64,000 nt of DNA. Origin: Gammaproteobacteria bacterium (GTDB lineage Bacteria; Pseudomonadota; Gammaproteobacteria; Eutrophobiales; Eutrophobiaceae). The notes beneath the pieces were generated by a model. The model was not told the origin of the DNA. It searched no databases and saw only the letters and a program-made list of their open reading frames with translations. Positions within the stretch are counted from its first letter, which is position 1. The number at the start of each line of letters is the position of its first letter. Both the position numbers and the translations under genes were made by a program. This document shows positions 42,474-52,950 of this stretch, in pieces. The DNA lies in assembly GCA_047620145.1 (NCBI GenBank), contig JBLHKO010000002.1, positions 19,963-83,962 of the forward strand, written 5' to 3'.

Positions 42474-43097
42474 ATGCCGACGAGAAAAATCCTGTTTAGG
42501 GTTTTGATTATTGTTATTCCGCTTTTGTTAGGCGTGTTCTTTTCCCTGACTATTAATCAAGAACGCGGCGCACTTGAAGGAGTCTCCGCAACTGTTTTGC
42601 CTGAAGCCAAGGCTTTGCCTGCCTTCATTCTGGAAGATCATCGCGGCAATAAATTTACAAACGAAACTATGAAGGGCCAATGGTCTTTTGTTTTTTTTGG
42701 TTTTACGCATTGTCCAGATATTTGTCCTTCAACATTGGCAATTCTCAATCAGGTTAGTGAGGTTTTGAATAAACAGACAGGCGTTGAAATACCAAAAATT
42801 ATTTTTATATCGGTTGACCCAAATCGTGATACTAAAGAATTACTTACCGACTATGTGTCTTATTTTAACCCAGAGTTCATAGGGGTTACGGGAGAGTTGC
42901 AAGCATTACAAGGCTTGACCCAATCGTTGGGAATTGCTTTTGGTATTGAAGGAGATGAGAAGAGTGATGATTATGAAGTCTTTCACAGCGCAAGAATTAT
43001 GCTGATAGATCCTGATGTCAAATTCAAGGCGTTATTTTCGGTGCCGCATGATGCTGGCGTTATTGCGTCAGATTACACAAAGATTAGTAATTTATAA
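42474..43097 (+). CDS. SCO1/SenC family copper chaperone
   Basis: A thioredoxin-like fold with the FGFTHCPDICPST motif. Confidence 0.85.
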   Translation: MPTRKILFRVLIIVIPLLLGVFFSLTINQERGALEGVSATVLPEAKALPAFILEDHRGNKFTNETMKGQWSFVFFGFTHCPDICPSTLAILNQVSEVLNKQTGVEIPKIIFISVDPNRDTKELLTDYVSYFNPEFIGVTGELQALQGLTQSLGIAFGIEGDEKSDDYEVFHSARIMLIDPDVKFKALFSVPHDAGVIASDYTKISNL

Positions 43098-43125
43098 TTA
43101 AAAATAAAAAACTAGGTTTGCCAAT

Positions 43126-43156
43126 ATAAAAAACGGCATCAAGGCCGTTTTTTATT
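43126..43156. terminator. Bidirectional rho-independent terminator between the convergent SCO1 and rpoH genes
   Basis: The sequence is aaaaaacggcatcaaggccgttttttat. The stem acggc/gccgt is flanked by A-runs on one side and T-runs on the other. Confidence 0.6.
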
Positions 43157-43174
43157 TAAGAGTTTAATTAGATT

Positions 43175-44023
43175 TTATGCAGTGATTAAATCAGCGATCT
43201 TGCTAAAGGCGGATTTCTCAAGCTGTCTGATTCTTTCAGCTGAAACACCGTATTCATCTGCAAGCTGGTGCAGTGTTAGTTTTTTATCACTTAACCAACG
43301 CTTGCTAACAATGTCTTTGCTGCGCTTATCTAACTGTTTCATGGCGGTACTTAAAGCTTCAAGTTTGATATCTTCAAGCTGAGTTATTTCCAGTTCTTCT
43401 TCAGGCCCCTGGCTTTTATTTTCAAGATAGGCGGCGGGAGTGAAAGAAATCCCATCATCATCAGCAACAGAGCCATCGAAAGACAGATCATAATTGCTGA
43501 GTCTTTTTTCCATCTCCACGACCTCTTGTGGTTTAACGCCAAGATCTTTCGCGACGGAATCTATTTCATCTTTATTTAACCAGGCTAAACGCTTTTTAGA
43601 TGATCGTAGATTAAAAAAAAGTTTTCTTTGCGCTTTTGTCGTCGCAATTTTGACGATTTTCCAATTGCGTAAAATGTATTCATGCATTTCGGCGCGTATC
43701 CAGTGCACGGCAAAAGAAACGAGTCGGACGCCAACAGTAGGATCGAAGCGTTTTACGGCTTTCATTAAGCCAACACTACCTTCTTGAATAAGGTCGGCTT
43801 GTGGCAATCCATAACCACTGTAGCCTCTTGCGACTTTAACGACAAAACGTAGATGAGACATAACCAGCTGACGCGCAGCTTCAATGTCACCCTGTTCTCT
43901 GTAGCGTTCTGCTAACGAGCGTTCTTCTTCCGCACTGAGCATCGGGACCTTATTAACACTCTGGAAATAACTTTCCAGTGATCCGGCATTCAATGCGATT
44001 GGCATAGTTATGTCGTTACTCAT
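43175..44023 (-). CDS. rpoH: RNA polymerase sigma-32 (heat-shock sigma factor)
   Basis: It has sigma-70 regions 2 and 4. The RpoH box matches [12 protein letters not shown] and the downstream [15 protein letters not shown], and the protein is 282 aa. Confidence 0.9.
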   Translation of the reverse strand: MSNDITMPIALNAGSLESYFQSVNKVPMLSAEEERSLAERYREQGDIEAARQLVMSHLRFVVKVARGYSGYGLPQADLIQEGSVGLMKAVKRFDPTVGVRLVSFAVHWIRAEMHEYILRNWKIVKIATTKAQRKLFFNLRSSKKRLAWLNKDEIDSVAKDLGVKPQEVVEMEKRLSNYDLSFDGSVADDDGISFTPAAYLENKSQGPEEELEITQLEDIKLEALSTAMKQLDKRSKDIVSKRWLSDKKLTLHQLADEYGVSAERIRQLEKSAFSKIADLITA

Positions 44024-44153
44024 AATTTTATAGTTTCTCTTGTTTGATAACGGTTATTTTAGCACTCGTAATGTGAGAGTGCCAATAATTGTGAGAGTTC
44101 CCGGTATTAAGAAGCGAAGTCAGGCGGTTACATAAGTTATTGATTTATAGTGA

Positions 44154-45104
44154 TTATACTGGCTCAATGGCTCTTAAGTGACGTTGAACCGAGATCCATG
44201 AACCAAACAGACCAAGAAATACCCCGCAGGACAGCATAATTAAGGTTTCCATACTGGATAAACCAACTAGATTAAATTCACTGGCATAGAGTTCGGCTAG
44301 TTGGATAACCGGTGACTTGAGGAATTGCAGTGTAAGCGTTAACAGTGCCCATGAGGCAATGCCACCACTGAACCCATACCAAAACCCGGTATATAGGAAA
44401 GGTCTTTGGATGAAGGCGTTTGTTGCTCCAAAAAGTTTGGTGATTTGAATCTCGTTACGGTGATGATAGATAGCCATGCGTATGGTATTGCCAACAATAA
44501 GTAAAACACCAAATCCAATAAATGCCGAGAAAATAATAATACAGCGCTGGATGATGTCGATGATCCCATATAGGCGCTTAACCCATTGTTGATCATATTG
44601 CGCAATTTCTATTTCAGGCTGAGTATAAAGGAATTCAATTATCTGTTGATCTCCGCCATCAGGAAGTGCCGTTAATTTTGGGAAAATAATGATGATAGAA
44701 GGCAAGGGATTCTCATCAAGGAGGTCGATGACTTCCGAAAACCCAGACAGTTCCTTATATTCAGCCAGCGCTTCCTCACGCTGTATAAACTTAGCCGTAT
44801 CAATCTTCGGATTGACAAGTAAACGCGCAATGACATCAGCAGCTTGTGTATCATCAACGTCTTGTTTTAAAAAAGCAGTTATTTGAATAGCGCCGTCCCA
44901 GCCGGAGGTGATTTGTTGTGCATTTTCTAAAAGCAAATAAAAGCCGCCGGGCAAAGCCAGAGAAATTCCTATGACGGCCGTGGTTAGAATGCTGGTAAGC
45001 AGGTTTCGACAATATTGTCCAAGACTATAAACAAAAGACTGAACGTGTAAAAGTCCCCAGTACTTAAGCACTGTAACTGGGTTATTTCGAGTCTTGGCTC
45101 TCAT
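44154..45104 (-). CDS. ftsX: Cell division ABC transporter permease FtsX
   Basis: A 316-aa protein with 4 TM helices and a periplasmic loop. It is the last gene of the ftsYEX order. Confidence 0.85.
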   Translation of the reverse strand: MRAKTRNNPVTVLKYWGLLHVQSFVYSLGQYCRNLLTSILTTAVIGISLALPGGFYLLLENAQQITSGWDGAIQITAFLKQDVDDTQAADVIARLLVNPKIDTAKFIQREEALAEYKELSGFSEVIDLLDENPLPSIIIIFPKLTALPDGGDQQIIEFLYTQPEIEIAQYDQQWVKRLYGIIDIIQRCIIIFSAFIGFGVLLIVGNTIRMAIYHHRNEIQITKLFGATNAFIQRPFLYTGFWYGFSGGIASWALLTLTLQFLKSPVIQLAELYASEFNLVGLSSMETLIMLSCGVFLGLFGSWISVQRHLRAIEPV

Positions 45105-45125
45105 TAAAGTGTCATTTTATAAGCT

Positions 45126-45815
45126 TTAATTAGAGTCTTGCTTGTCAGTTGTATTACCAAAATGAGTTGGAATTCTACCTTCACGTAACGTGATAATGCG
45201 TTTATGCATTTTTTTAATCATATCCATGTCATGACTGGCGATTAATACAGTAACGCCTACTTGATTAAACTGTTCAAAAAGTTTCATCGTATCTAGAGAA
45301 AGCGCAGGATCAAGATTCCCTGTTGGTTCGTCAGCGAGAAGTAACAAAGGTCGATGGACAACAGCCCTGGCAATACCAACCCTTTGCTGTTCGCCGCCCG
45401 AGAGTGTCATAGGGCTGGATTTTACTTTTTTTAATAAACCAACCTTGTCTAAAGCGGCATGCACGCGCTTGCGTATTTCTGAATGCCCATGCCCAGCAAT
45501 AACCAAAGGCAATGCGACATTATCAAAAATAGTGCGATCATTAAGTAGTCGATGATCCTGAAAAACAAGTCCTATGTTGCGGCGATAGTAAGGAATTCGA
45601 TTATTTCTAACTCGATCAAGATTTTGGCCATTGATAATAATCTGTCCGCGACTATGTCTTTCAATCAATGCGATGAGTCTTAACAATGAACTTTTACCTG
45701 CCCCAGATCTGCCAGCAACAAATGCCATTGCGCCTTGTTCAATATGTAAATTAATATTTTTCAGAGCCAGGTGTCCGCCGTGATACTGCATATGAACATT
45801 ATTAAAGCGGATCAT
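45126..45815 (-). CDS. ftsE: Cell division ATP-binding protein FtsE
   Basis: An ABC ATPase with the motifs GRSGAGKSSL, LSGGEQQRVGIARA and LLLADEPTGNLD. Confidence 0.9.
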   Translation of the reverse strand: MIRFNNVHMQYHGGHLALKNINLHIEQGAMAFVAGRSGAGKSSLLRLIALIERHSRGQIIINGQNLDRVRNNRIPYYRRNIGLVFQDHRLLNDRTIFDNVALPLVIAGHGHSEIRKRVHAALDKVGLLKKVKSSPMTLSGGEQQRVGIARAVVHRPLLLLADEPTGNLDPALSLDTMKLFEQFNQVGVTVLIASHDMDMIKKMHKRIITLREGRIPTHFGNTTDKQDSN

Positions 45816-46792
45816 TATTGAAACTCAAGTAGTGCATCAACAAACGTTGTGCTGTCAAAGACATGCAGGTCGTCGATTTTTTCACCGACACCAATGAAGC
45901 GTATGGGGATTGCAGTTTCAAGAGCCAAGGCAAAGATCACCCCGCCTTTTGCTGTGCCATCAAGTTTTGTCAAAACAATTCCGTCAATTCCGATCGCATC
46001 GTTAAATAGCTTTGCTTGAGAAAGCGCATTTTGGCCAGTCGCAGCATCTAATACAAGCATGTTTTCAATTGTCAAAGCATCATCAAATTTTCCGATAGTG
46101 CGGTAAATTTTCTTAAGTTCGTCCATAAGATTGTCTTGCGTATGCAGCCTCCCGGCAGTATCCGCAATGAGTATATCTATATTATTTGCCTTTGCAGATT
46201 GCAAAGCGTCAAAAATGACAGCAGCGGAATCAGCGCCTTGGTGTTGTGCGATCACTGGAACATTATTTCGTTCGCCCCAGGTTTGTAACTGTTCAACGGC
46301 GGCGGCCCGGAAAGTGTCTCCGGCAGCCAACATGACACTATTACCTTGATTGATGAAGTGTTTGGCAAGTTTGCCTGCCGTGGTTGTTTTGCCAGCACCA
46401 TTAACGCCAGTTAAAAGAATAACAAAAGGACCAGATTTACTGACAAATGATAGTTCTAATGGCTGATGCACAGGATCAAGCATGTCTGTCATGACTGTCG
46501 CAAGCGTTTGGCGTAGCTGACCCGGATCGTCAAGCGCATTACGTTTGATTGAAGCGTGTAATGTATCAGTGATTTTTGTTGTCGCCTGAACGCCCAAATC
46601 AGCTAGAAGTAATCGTTCCTCCAGGTCGTTCAGAAAATCTGCATCAATAACCTTTTTCCCTTGCAACAGATCTCCAAGCCCACCGAATAAATTTGATTGT
46701 GTTTTGCTGAGGCCAGATTTTAGCTTGTTATAAAAAGAAACCTCCTCTGTCGCAGATTTCTTTTGTGTCGCTTGCTTTTTAAATCCAAACAT
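45815..46792 (-). CDS. ftsY: Signal recognition particle receptor FtsY. This is a short form lacking a long acidic A domain
   Basis: It has an SRP54-type GTPase domain (GVNGAGKTTTAGKLA, DTAGR, TKLDG). Confidence 0.9.
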   Translation of the reverse strand: MFGFKKQATQKKSATEEVSFYNKLKSGLSKTQSNLFGGLGDLLQGKKVIDADFLNDLEERLLLADLGVQATTKITDTLHASIKRNALDDPGQLRQTLATVMTDMLDPVHQPLELSFVSKSGPFVILLTGVNGAGKTTTAGKLAKHFINQGNSVMLAAGDTFRAAAVEQLQTWGERNNVPVIAQHQGADSAAVIFDALQSAKANNIDILIADTAGRLHTQDNLMDELKKIYRTIGKFDDALTIENMLVLDAATGQNALSQAKLFNDAIGIDGIVLTKLDGTAKGGVIFALALETAIPIRFIGVGEKIDDLHVFDSTTFVDALLEFQ

Positions 46793-46904
46793 TATCTCTT
46801 TGCTACTCTATAGTTAAGCGTCATGATCCTATCATTAACCGTGACCGAACTACTAAGGTGAATCAGGCTCTAACCATGTTCTGAAAACTACATTTACAAG
46901 TAAT

Positions 46905-48350
46905 TTGGGTATAGTTTCAGTATCCTTAGCCCACGTTGTGAAAATTGGAGAAATATGTGTGAAGTTATCCCCCATAAATGGTTTTTTAAGTATTGCCTTA
47001 AGCCTGTTTTCAGGTGTTGTGTTTGCTAATGTCCACGAATATGAGCTGGACAATGGACTGAAAATTCTTGTCAAAGAAGATCATCGCGCGCCTGTGGTGG
47101 TCTCGCAAGTCTGGTACAAGGTCGGTTCGAGTTACGAGCATGAGGGCATCACGGGCATTTCTCACGCGCTTGAACATATGATGTTTAAAGGTACAGAAAA
47201 ATATCCGGCAGGCGAATTTTCTCGCATCATTTCAGAAAATGGTGGTCAGGAAAATGCATTTACAGGGTCAGACTACACAGCTTATTTTCAGACATTGGAA
47301 AGTTCTCGTTTACCCATCAGTATGGAACTGGAAGCAGATCGTATGCGAAACCTTATTGTCGACGAGGATGAGTTTATAAAGGAGATTGAGGTGGTTAAGG
47401 AAGAGCGTCGCTGGAGAACCGAGGATAACCCGAAATCATTTGCTTATGAAGTTGCTATGTCTACCGCATTTCAGACTAGCCCCTATCGCAACCCTATTGT
47501 TGGTTGGATGAGCGATCTTGATAATATGACGGTTGCATCCCTGCGCAAATGGTATCAGCAGTGGTATGCCCCGAATAATGCAACTCTAGTCGTGTCAGGC
47601 GACGTAAATGCAGAAGAAGTGTATCAGCTGGCAAAAAAATACTTTGGGCCTTTAGCTGCAGGTAAGCCAGTAAAAATATCCCAGCGACCAGAAATCGAGC
47701 AAAAAGGTGTTAAACGAATCACTGTTAAAAGGCCTGCCGAGTTGCCATATATGATGATGGCATACAAAGTTCCGGTATTAAAAACAGCAGTTGATCAGCC
47801 AGAGTTGATTGCTGAATGGGAACCTTACGCACTGGAAGTGTTGGCCGGAATTTTAGGAGGCAGCAGTAGTTCGCGTTTCGCGAGTAATCTTGTGCGTGGT
47901 AAAGAGATCGCTGCAGGCGTGAGTGCTGGTTATAACTTTTCAGCACGGCTAGATCATCTCTTCACGATCAGCGGAACACCTTCGAATAAATATACAGTGG
48001 CTCAACTAGAAGCAGCAGTTCAGGAAGAGATAGAGTTAATGAAAAATAGTCTGGTCAGTGAAAGCGAACTGGCAAGAATCAAGGCGCAAGTTGTTTCCAA
48101 TGATGTTTATGAGCGTGATTCTGTTTTTTATCAGGCAATGATTATTGGTATATTCGAAACGGTAGGTCTTTCCTGGCAACAAGCAGAAAAATATGTTGAG
48201 TCAATCAAGGCCGTGACCGCAGAGCAAGTCCAGGCAGTTGCGATAAAATATTTACAGGAAGATCTGCTAACCGTGGCGGTGCTCGAGCCGCAGCCACTGG
48301 ACGGCCAGAACCGAAGCGCAGCATCAGGAGGGTTCGGACATGGGCGCTAG
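46905..48350 (+). CDS. M16 family zinc peptidase (pitrilysin-like), active-subunit type
   Basis: It has the inverted zinc motif HALEHMMFKG. A more likely start is the GTG at 46959, which gives the signal peptide VKLSPINGFLSIALSLFSGVVFA. Confidence 0.8.
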   Translation: MGIVSVSLAHVVKIGEICVKLSPINGFLSIALSLFSGVVFANVHEYELDNGLKILVKEDHRAPVVVSQVWYKVGSSYEHEGITGISHALEHMMFKGTEKYPAGEFSRIISENGGQENAFTGSDYTAYFQTLESSRLPISMELEADRMRNLIVDEDEFIKEIEVVKEERRWRTEDNPKSFAYEVAMSTAFQTSPYRNPIVGWMSDLDNMTVASLRKWYQQWYAPNNATLVVSGDVNAEEVYQLAKKYFGPLAAGKPVKISQRPEIEQKGVKRITVKRPAELPYMMMAYKVPVLKTAVDQPELIAEWEPYALEVLAGILGGSSSSRFASNLVRGKEIAAGVSAGYNFSARLDHLFTISGTPSNKYTVAQLEAAVQEEIELMKNSLVSESELARIKAQVVSNDVYERDSVFYQAMIIGIFETVGLSWQQAEKYVESIKAVTAEQVQAVAIKYLQEDLLTVAVLEPQPLDGQNRSAASGGFGHGR

Positions 48351-49707
48351 AATTACATTCATTATATATTTTCTTTCGATCGTTACTTTTTCGCAATCCA
48401 CACTGGCGACACCAGACATACAAAAGTGGCAATCTGAAATGGGTGCAAATGTTTTCTTTGTTGAAGCAAAGGAAATACCCATCGTCGATATTCAGATAAT
48501 TTTTGATGCCGGCAGTGCGCGAGACGGAGAACAAGCAGGCCTTGCAGCACTTACCAACGGTTTATTGGATGAAGGCGCTGACGGACTTACCGCAGATCAA
48601 ATTAGCCAGGGTTTTGATGATGTCGGGGCAAGCTATGGCGGCAGTGCAGATTATGACTCTGCTTCTGTCAGTCTTCGCAGTTTGACAGATCCTGCAATGT
48701 TGCTGCCAGCTCTGGATAACCTCGCGCGTGTTTTGGTAAAACCTGACTTTCCTGAAGATGCCATGACAAGACAAAAAAACAGAACCTTGATTGGGATACG
48801 CAATAAACAACAATCTCCTGGCGCGTTAGCAAGCGATGCTTTTTTTGCCGAAGTATTTAAGGGGCATCCCTATGCTGTTGCAAGCTCAGGGACTGAAGAA
48901 AGTGTCAGCGCATTACAGCGAAGAGATGTTGTTGCTTTCCATAAAAACTATTACGTAACAAAAAATGCAACTATTGCTATTGTCGGTGATTTGACCAAAG
49001 AGCAAGCACAGGTAATGGTTGAAAAATTACTCAAGGAATTACCTGTCGGTGAAAAGCCAACACAAATCCCGACAGTTCCGGTTCTAGAAAAAGCAGCGAC
49101 GGTAAAGATTGAACATCCCTCATCGCAAACACATATTCTCTTGGGACAGACGGGGTTAAAGCGAGGAGACGCTGATTATTTTGCGCTCTATGTAGGCAAC
49201 CATGTGCTTGGCGGTGGTGGTATGGTCTCTAGATTGTTTGCTGAGATTCGGGAAAAACGTGGCTTATCTTATGGCGCGAATAGTTATTTTTCACCGATGC
49301 GTGAAAATGGAACGTTCACTGCAAGTTTGCAAACACGAACGGATCAGGCTGAAGAAGCGCTTGAAGTATTACAAGATAATCTGGAACGATTCATCGATCT
49401 TGGTCCGACAGAAGCAGAGCTGGAGGCCTCAAAGAAAAATATCACAGGCGGTTTTCCATTAAGACTCGCTAGCAACAGCAAGATTGTTGGTTATATTGCG
49501 ATGATTGGTTTTTATGGCTTAGAAGAAAATTACCTTGATACATTCAACACAAACGTCAACGCAGTTACTGTTGATCAAATCAAGGACGCGTTTAAACGAC
49601 GTCTATCTCCGGATAAATTTGTCACGGTAATGGTGGGTCCCATATCGGAAAAAGACAGGGTAGAAGAAAAAGCCCAGGAAGTCGTTCAACCAGGGGATTC
49701 GAGCTGA
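48340..49707 (+). CDS. M16 family peptidase, second subunit type (no HxxEH motif)
   Basis: A 455-aa ORF with a signal peptide and the M16 fold pattern. Its start overlaps the end of the preceding M16 gene. Confidence 0.75.
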   Translation: MGARITFIIYFLSIVTFSQSTLATPDIQKWQSEMGANVFFVEAKEIPIVDIQIIFDAGSARDGEQAGLAALTNGLLDEGADGLTADQISQGFDDVGASYGGSADYDSASVSLRSLTDPAMLLPALDNLARVLVKPDFPEDAMTRQKNRTLIGIRNKQQSPGALASDAFFAEVFKGHPYAVASSGTEESVSALQRRDVVAFHKNYYVTKNATIAIVGDLTKEQAQVMVEKLLKELPVGEKPTQIPTVPVLEKAATVKIEHPSSQTHILLGQTGLKRGDADYFALYVGNHVLGGGGMVSRLFAEIREKRGLSYGANSYFSPMRENGTFTASLQTRTDQAEEALEVLQDNLERFIDLGPTEAELEASKKNITGGFPLRLASNSKIVGYIAMIGFYGLEENYLDTFNTNVNAVTVDQIKDAFKRRLSPDKFVTVMVGPISEKDRVEEKAQEVVQPGDSS

Positions 49708-50258
49708 AGCAGACCGGGAAAATCCGGATCATTGCAGGGAAATGGCGTGGACGAAAGATTCCGGTCGTTGATACACTTGGATTACGACCAACGCCTGATC
49801 GAGTAAGAGAGAGTCTGTTTAACTGGTTGCAACCCTATGTCGTGGGCGCAAAGTGTCTTGATTTGTTTGCAGGTTCGGGGGCTTTAGGAATAGAGGCCGT
49901 TTCTCGTGGAGCCGTTAGTAGCACGTTGATAGAGCAGGATAGGAAAACGGCTGAAAGGTTACGCGAACTACTCAAATTGCTCAATACAGCAGAGGTGACT
50001 GTCTATGAAGCGGATGCCTTACAGTGGCTTAAAAGTGCGACTAAAGCTTTCGACATTATCTTTCTGGATCCACCTTTCGGTAAAAACTTGATTGATCAGA
50101 GTTTAGCGCTGTTGCTTGAGTCTGGCTGTGTCTCCAAGCAAACCTTAATTTATGTTGAAAGCGAAACCGAGTGGCAGACAGAAATAAATGTCGAAGTGAT
50201 TAAACAAGCGAAGGCAGGTCAGGTAAACTATATGCTATTAAAAATAGCAGCAGATTGA
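49704..50258 (+). CDS. rsmD: 16S rRNA (guanine966-N2)-methyltransferase RsmD. The start is uncertain because no ATG, GTG or TTG precedes the conserved N-terminal block
   Basis: GKIRIIAGKWRGRKIPVVDTLGLRPTPDRVRESLFNWL aligns with E. coli RsmD ([37 protein letters not shown]). The frame is open from 49617. The first canonical start, TTG at 49827, falls after this conserved block. Confidence 0.7.
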   Translation: MKQTGKIRIIAGKWRGRKIPVVDTLGLRPTPDRVRESLFNWLQPYVVGAKCLDLFAGSGALGIEAVSRGAVSSTLIEQDRKTAERLRELLKLLNTAEVTVYEADALQWLKSATKAFDIIFLDPPFGKNLIDQSLALLLESGCVSKQTLIYVESETEWQTEINVEVIKQAKAGQVNYMLLKIAAD

Positions 50259-50262
50259 TTTA

Positions 50263-50745
50263 ATGAAAATAACAGCTATATATCCTGGCACATTCGATCC
50301 CATTACCAACGGTCATGTCGATATTGTGACCCGTGCTTCCCGGCTTTTTGACAAGGTATTCCTTGCTGTCGCTGACAGTACTGCTAAAAAGACTCTATTC
50401 TCAACGGATGAAAGGATTGATTTGGCAAAATCTGTTTTGTTATCATTAGGAAATGTTGAAGTCTGTAGCTTTGATAAATTGGTGACGGATATCGCACGCG
50501 AGCTGGATGCAAAGGTTATTATCCGTGGCATTAGAGCCGCAGCCGATTTTGACTATGAATTTCAGATGGCGGGCATGAATAGAAGCTTATATTCGGATGC
50601 TGAAACAATTTTTTTGAGACCTGCTGAACATTTAAGTTTTATATCATCGACCCTGGTCAGGGAAATTTCATCTTTAGGCGGAGAAGTAAGTCAATTTGTC
50701 GACAAAAGTGTTTTGGCTGCGCTTGATAAAAAGTTTCCTAAATAA
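50263..50745 (+). CDS. coaD: Phosphopantetheine adenylyltransferase
   Basis: It begins MKITAIYPGTFDPITNGHVDIVTRA, which is the CoaD signature. It is 160 aa. Confidence 0.95.
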   Translation: MKITAIYPGTFDPITNGHVDIVTRASRLFDKVFLAVADSTAKKTLFSTDERIDLAKSVLLSLGNVEVCSFDKLVTDIARELDAKVIIRGIRAAADFDYEFQMAGMNRSLYSDAETIFLRPAEHLSFISSTLVREISSLGGEVSQFVDKSVLAALDKKFPK

Positions 50746-50774
50746 ATTAAGACATTAATATAAATTATTACTTA

Positions 50775-52484
50775 ATGAAAATTGTCTCTCGACATTTTGC
50801 AAGTATTTTACCTCTGTTTTTTATAAGTCTGTTCTGTGTTTCAGCGGTTCATATTCAAACAACACAGGCACAATCGCCTCCCAGCGCAGCAATAGCCACA
50901 GCTCACCCTTTTGCCACAGACGCCGGCGAAGAAATTCTTCGTGCTGGAGGTAATGCCTTTGATGCTGCCGTGGCGATTACAGCGGCACTTGCAGTCGTCG
51001 AACCTTATAGCTCTGGTATTGGTGGTGGTGGTTTTTGGTTATTGCATCGTGCAGAGGACGGCAAACAAACGATGATTGATGGGCGAGAGGTTGCGCCAAT
51101 GTCTGCGGACAAAGATATGTATCTGGATAAAAATGGTAATGTTATCAAAGGTGCTTCAATTAATGGACCCAAGGCTGCGGGCATCCCAGGGGTGCCGGCA
51201 GGTCTGGAACATTTGGCAAAAAATTATGGTCGTTTACCATTAGAAAAAAGCCTGGCCCCTGCGATCAGATTTGCCGAAGAAGGTTTCCCTGTCACCGAGC
51301 GTTACCGGAAGTTGACGGCTTATCGACTTGAAACCATGAAGTCGTTTCGATCTACAGCGAATATTTTTCTAGAAAATGACCAAATCCCAAGCCTGGGATA
51401 TAACATTATTCAGAAAGATCTGGCGAAAACTTTAAGAAGGATAGCGAAACAGGGAGTAAGTTATTTTTACACAGGCGCGCTGGCTAGGAGAATGACGCAG
51501 GGATCTCGTAGTAGAGGCGGACAATGGAGTGACGCGGATCTTGCAAATTATAAAGTGATCGAACGGCAACCTGTAGTTAGTCAATATAAGAATTTACGTA
51601 TTATTTCAGCGCCACCACCCTCCTCAGGCGGAATTGTTTTAGCGCAAATTTTCGGCATGCTTGAAAAATTTGATCTGGATGCTCTGGATCATAATCAACG
51701 CAAACATGTTGTTATCGAAGCGATGCGACGCGCTTATCGAGATCGTGCAGCTTATCTGGGTGATCCAGATTTCGTTGATATTTCAGAACAAAGACTATTA
51801 GATAAGAATTATCTTGATGGACTCGCCGTTACTATTGATCTGGATCATGCGACGCCTAGTTCAGCGTTGGGCGATATTCCGATCTCTCAACAAACGGGCA
51901 CCAATACAACACATTTTTCAGTGATTGATAAAGAAGGGAATAGGGTTTCGGCTACGCTTAGCATTAATCTGCCTTTCGGCTCAGGCTTCGTGGTTCCCGG
52001 GACAGGCGTATTGTTGAACAATGAGATGGATGATTTCTCGGCCAAAGCACAAGTCCCAAACGCTTATGGCTTGGTCGGCGATCAGGCGAATGCTATCGCA
52101 GCCGGCAAACGTCCGCTCTCAAGTATGTCGCCAACGTTTATCGAGACTGATGACAGGGTCGGTATTTTAGGCACGCCCGGCGGCAGTCGGATTATCAGTA
52201 TGGTGTTGCTCGGTATTCTTGATTTTGCTGATGGCAATTTACCGAGCTCCTGGGTGACGGTGCCGCGTTATCATCATCAATATCTTCCCGATGAAGTACA
52301 GTTTGAACAAGGAGCACTGACACTTAATCAACAACGCGAACTCAAAAATCGTGGACACGTGTTAAATGAAAAAAATAGAGCCTACGGGAACATGCAGGCT
52401 ATCTTATGGGATAAAAAAATAAACAAATTATTTGCAGCCAGCGATCCTAGAGGCGAAGGCAGGGCGCTTGTGATAACCCCATGA
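50775..52484 (+). CDS. ggt: Gamma-glutamyltransferase
   Basis: A 569-aa ORF with a signal peptide. It has the autoprocessing Thr region (GTNTTHFSVIDKEGN) and GGSRII. Confidence 0.9.
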   Translation: MKIVSRHFASILPLFFISLFCVSAVHIQTTQAQSPPSAAIATAHPFATDAGEEILRAGGNAFDAAVAITAALAVVEPYSSGIGGGGFWLLHRAEDGKQTMIDGREVAPMSADKDMYLDKNGNVIKGASINGPKAAGIPGVPAGLEHLAKNYGRLPLEKSLAPAIRFAEEGFPVTERYRKLTAYRLETMKSFRSTANIFLENDQIPSLGYNIIQKDLAKTLRRIAKQGVSYFYTGALARRMTQGSRSRGGQWSDADLANYKVIERQPVVSQYKNLRIISAPPPSSGGIVLAQIFGMLEKFDLDALDHNQRKHVVIEAMRRAYRDRAAYLGDPDFVDISEQRLLDKNYLDGLAVTIDLDHATPSSALGDIPISQQTGTNTTHFSVIDKEGNRVSATLSINLPFGSGFVVPGTGVLLNNEMDDFSAKAQVPNAYGLVGDQANAIAAGKRPLSSMSPTFIETDDRVGILGTPGGSRIISMVLLGILDFADGNLPSSWVTVPRYHHQYLPDEVQFEQGALTLNQQRELKNRGHVLNEKNRAYGNMQAILWDKKINKLFAASDPRGEGRALVITP

Positions 52485-52583
52485 TATTTATAAGATAAAA
52501 TAATAAGGCAGTAATATTGTTGCGTTGCAATAATAGCAAATGTATACTGAATCCCTGCTTATTTTTAATTTTGCAGATATGCA

Positions 52584-52898
52584 ATGAGAGAGTCGTTTGA
52601 ATATTTTATGGATCATTATACAAAACTAAACAGCCTGGCCCTGAATACCATTGAGCAGGTTACTATGTCTCAACTTAAGGCCTTTCAAGATAATGTGAAA
52701 ATCGGCTTTTATTCACTGACTTCCGCAAGTGAGATAGAGGATCTTGGTTCATTACAGACTTACATGGAAGAACAGACGGCGATTACACAATATGTAACCG
52801 ACAGTGCCGTTGATGAAGTTAAGGAAATTGCAGATCTTGGAGAATCCTATGCGAGCGAGGCCAAGGAGATTGTAGGGAAGATAATTCCTTCAGTTTAA
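52584..52898 (+). CDS. Hypothetical helical protein, possibly phasin-like
   Basis: A 104-aa Glu/Ala/Ser-rich protein predicted to be helical. I see no diagnostic motif. Confidence 0.3.
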   Translation: MRESFEYFMDHYTKLNSLALNTIEQVTMSQLKAFQDNVKIGFYSLTSASEIEDLGSLQTYMEEQTAITQYVTDSAVDEVKEIADLGESYASEAKEIVGKIIPSV

Positions 52899-52950
52899 TA
52901 TCTAATATGTGGGCTTAAAGCTGTAAGTGTAGATCAGCATTACAAGGGGG

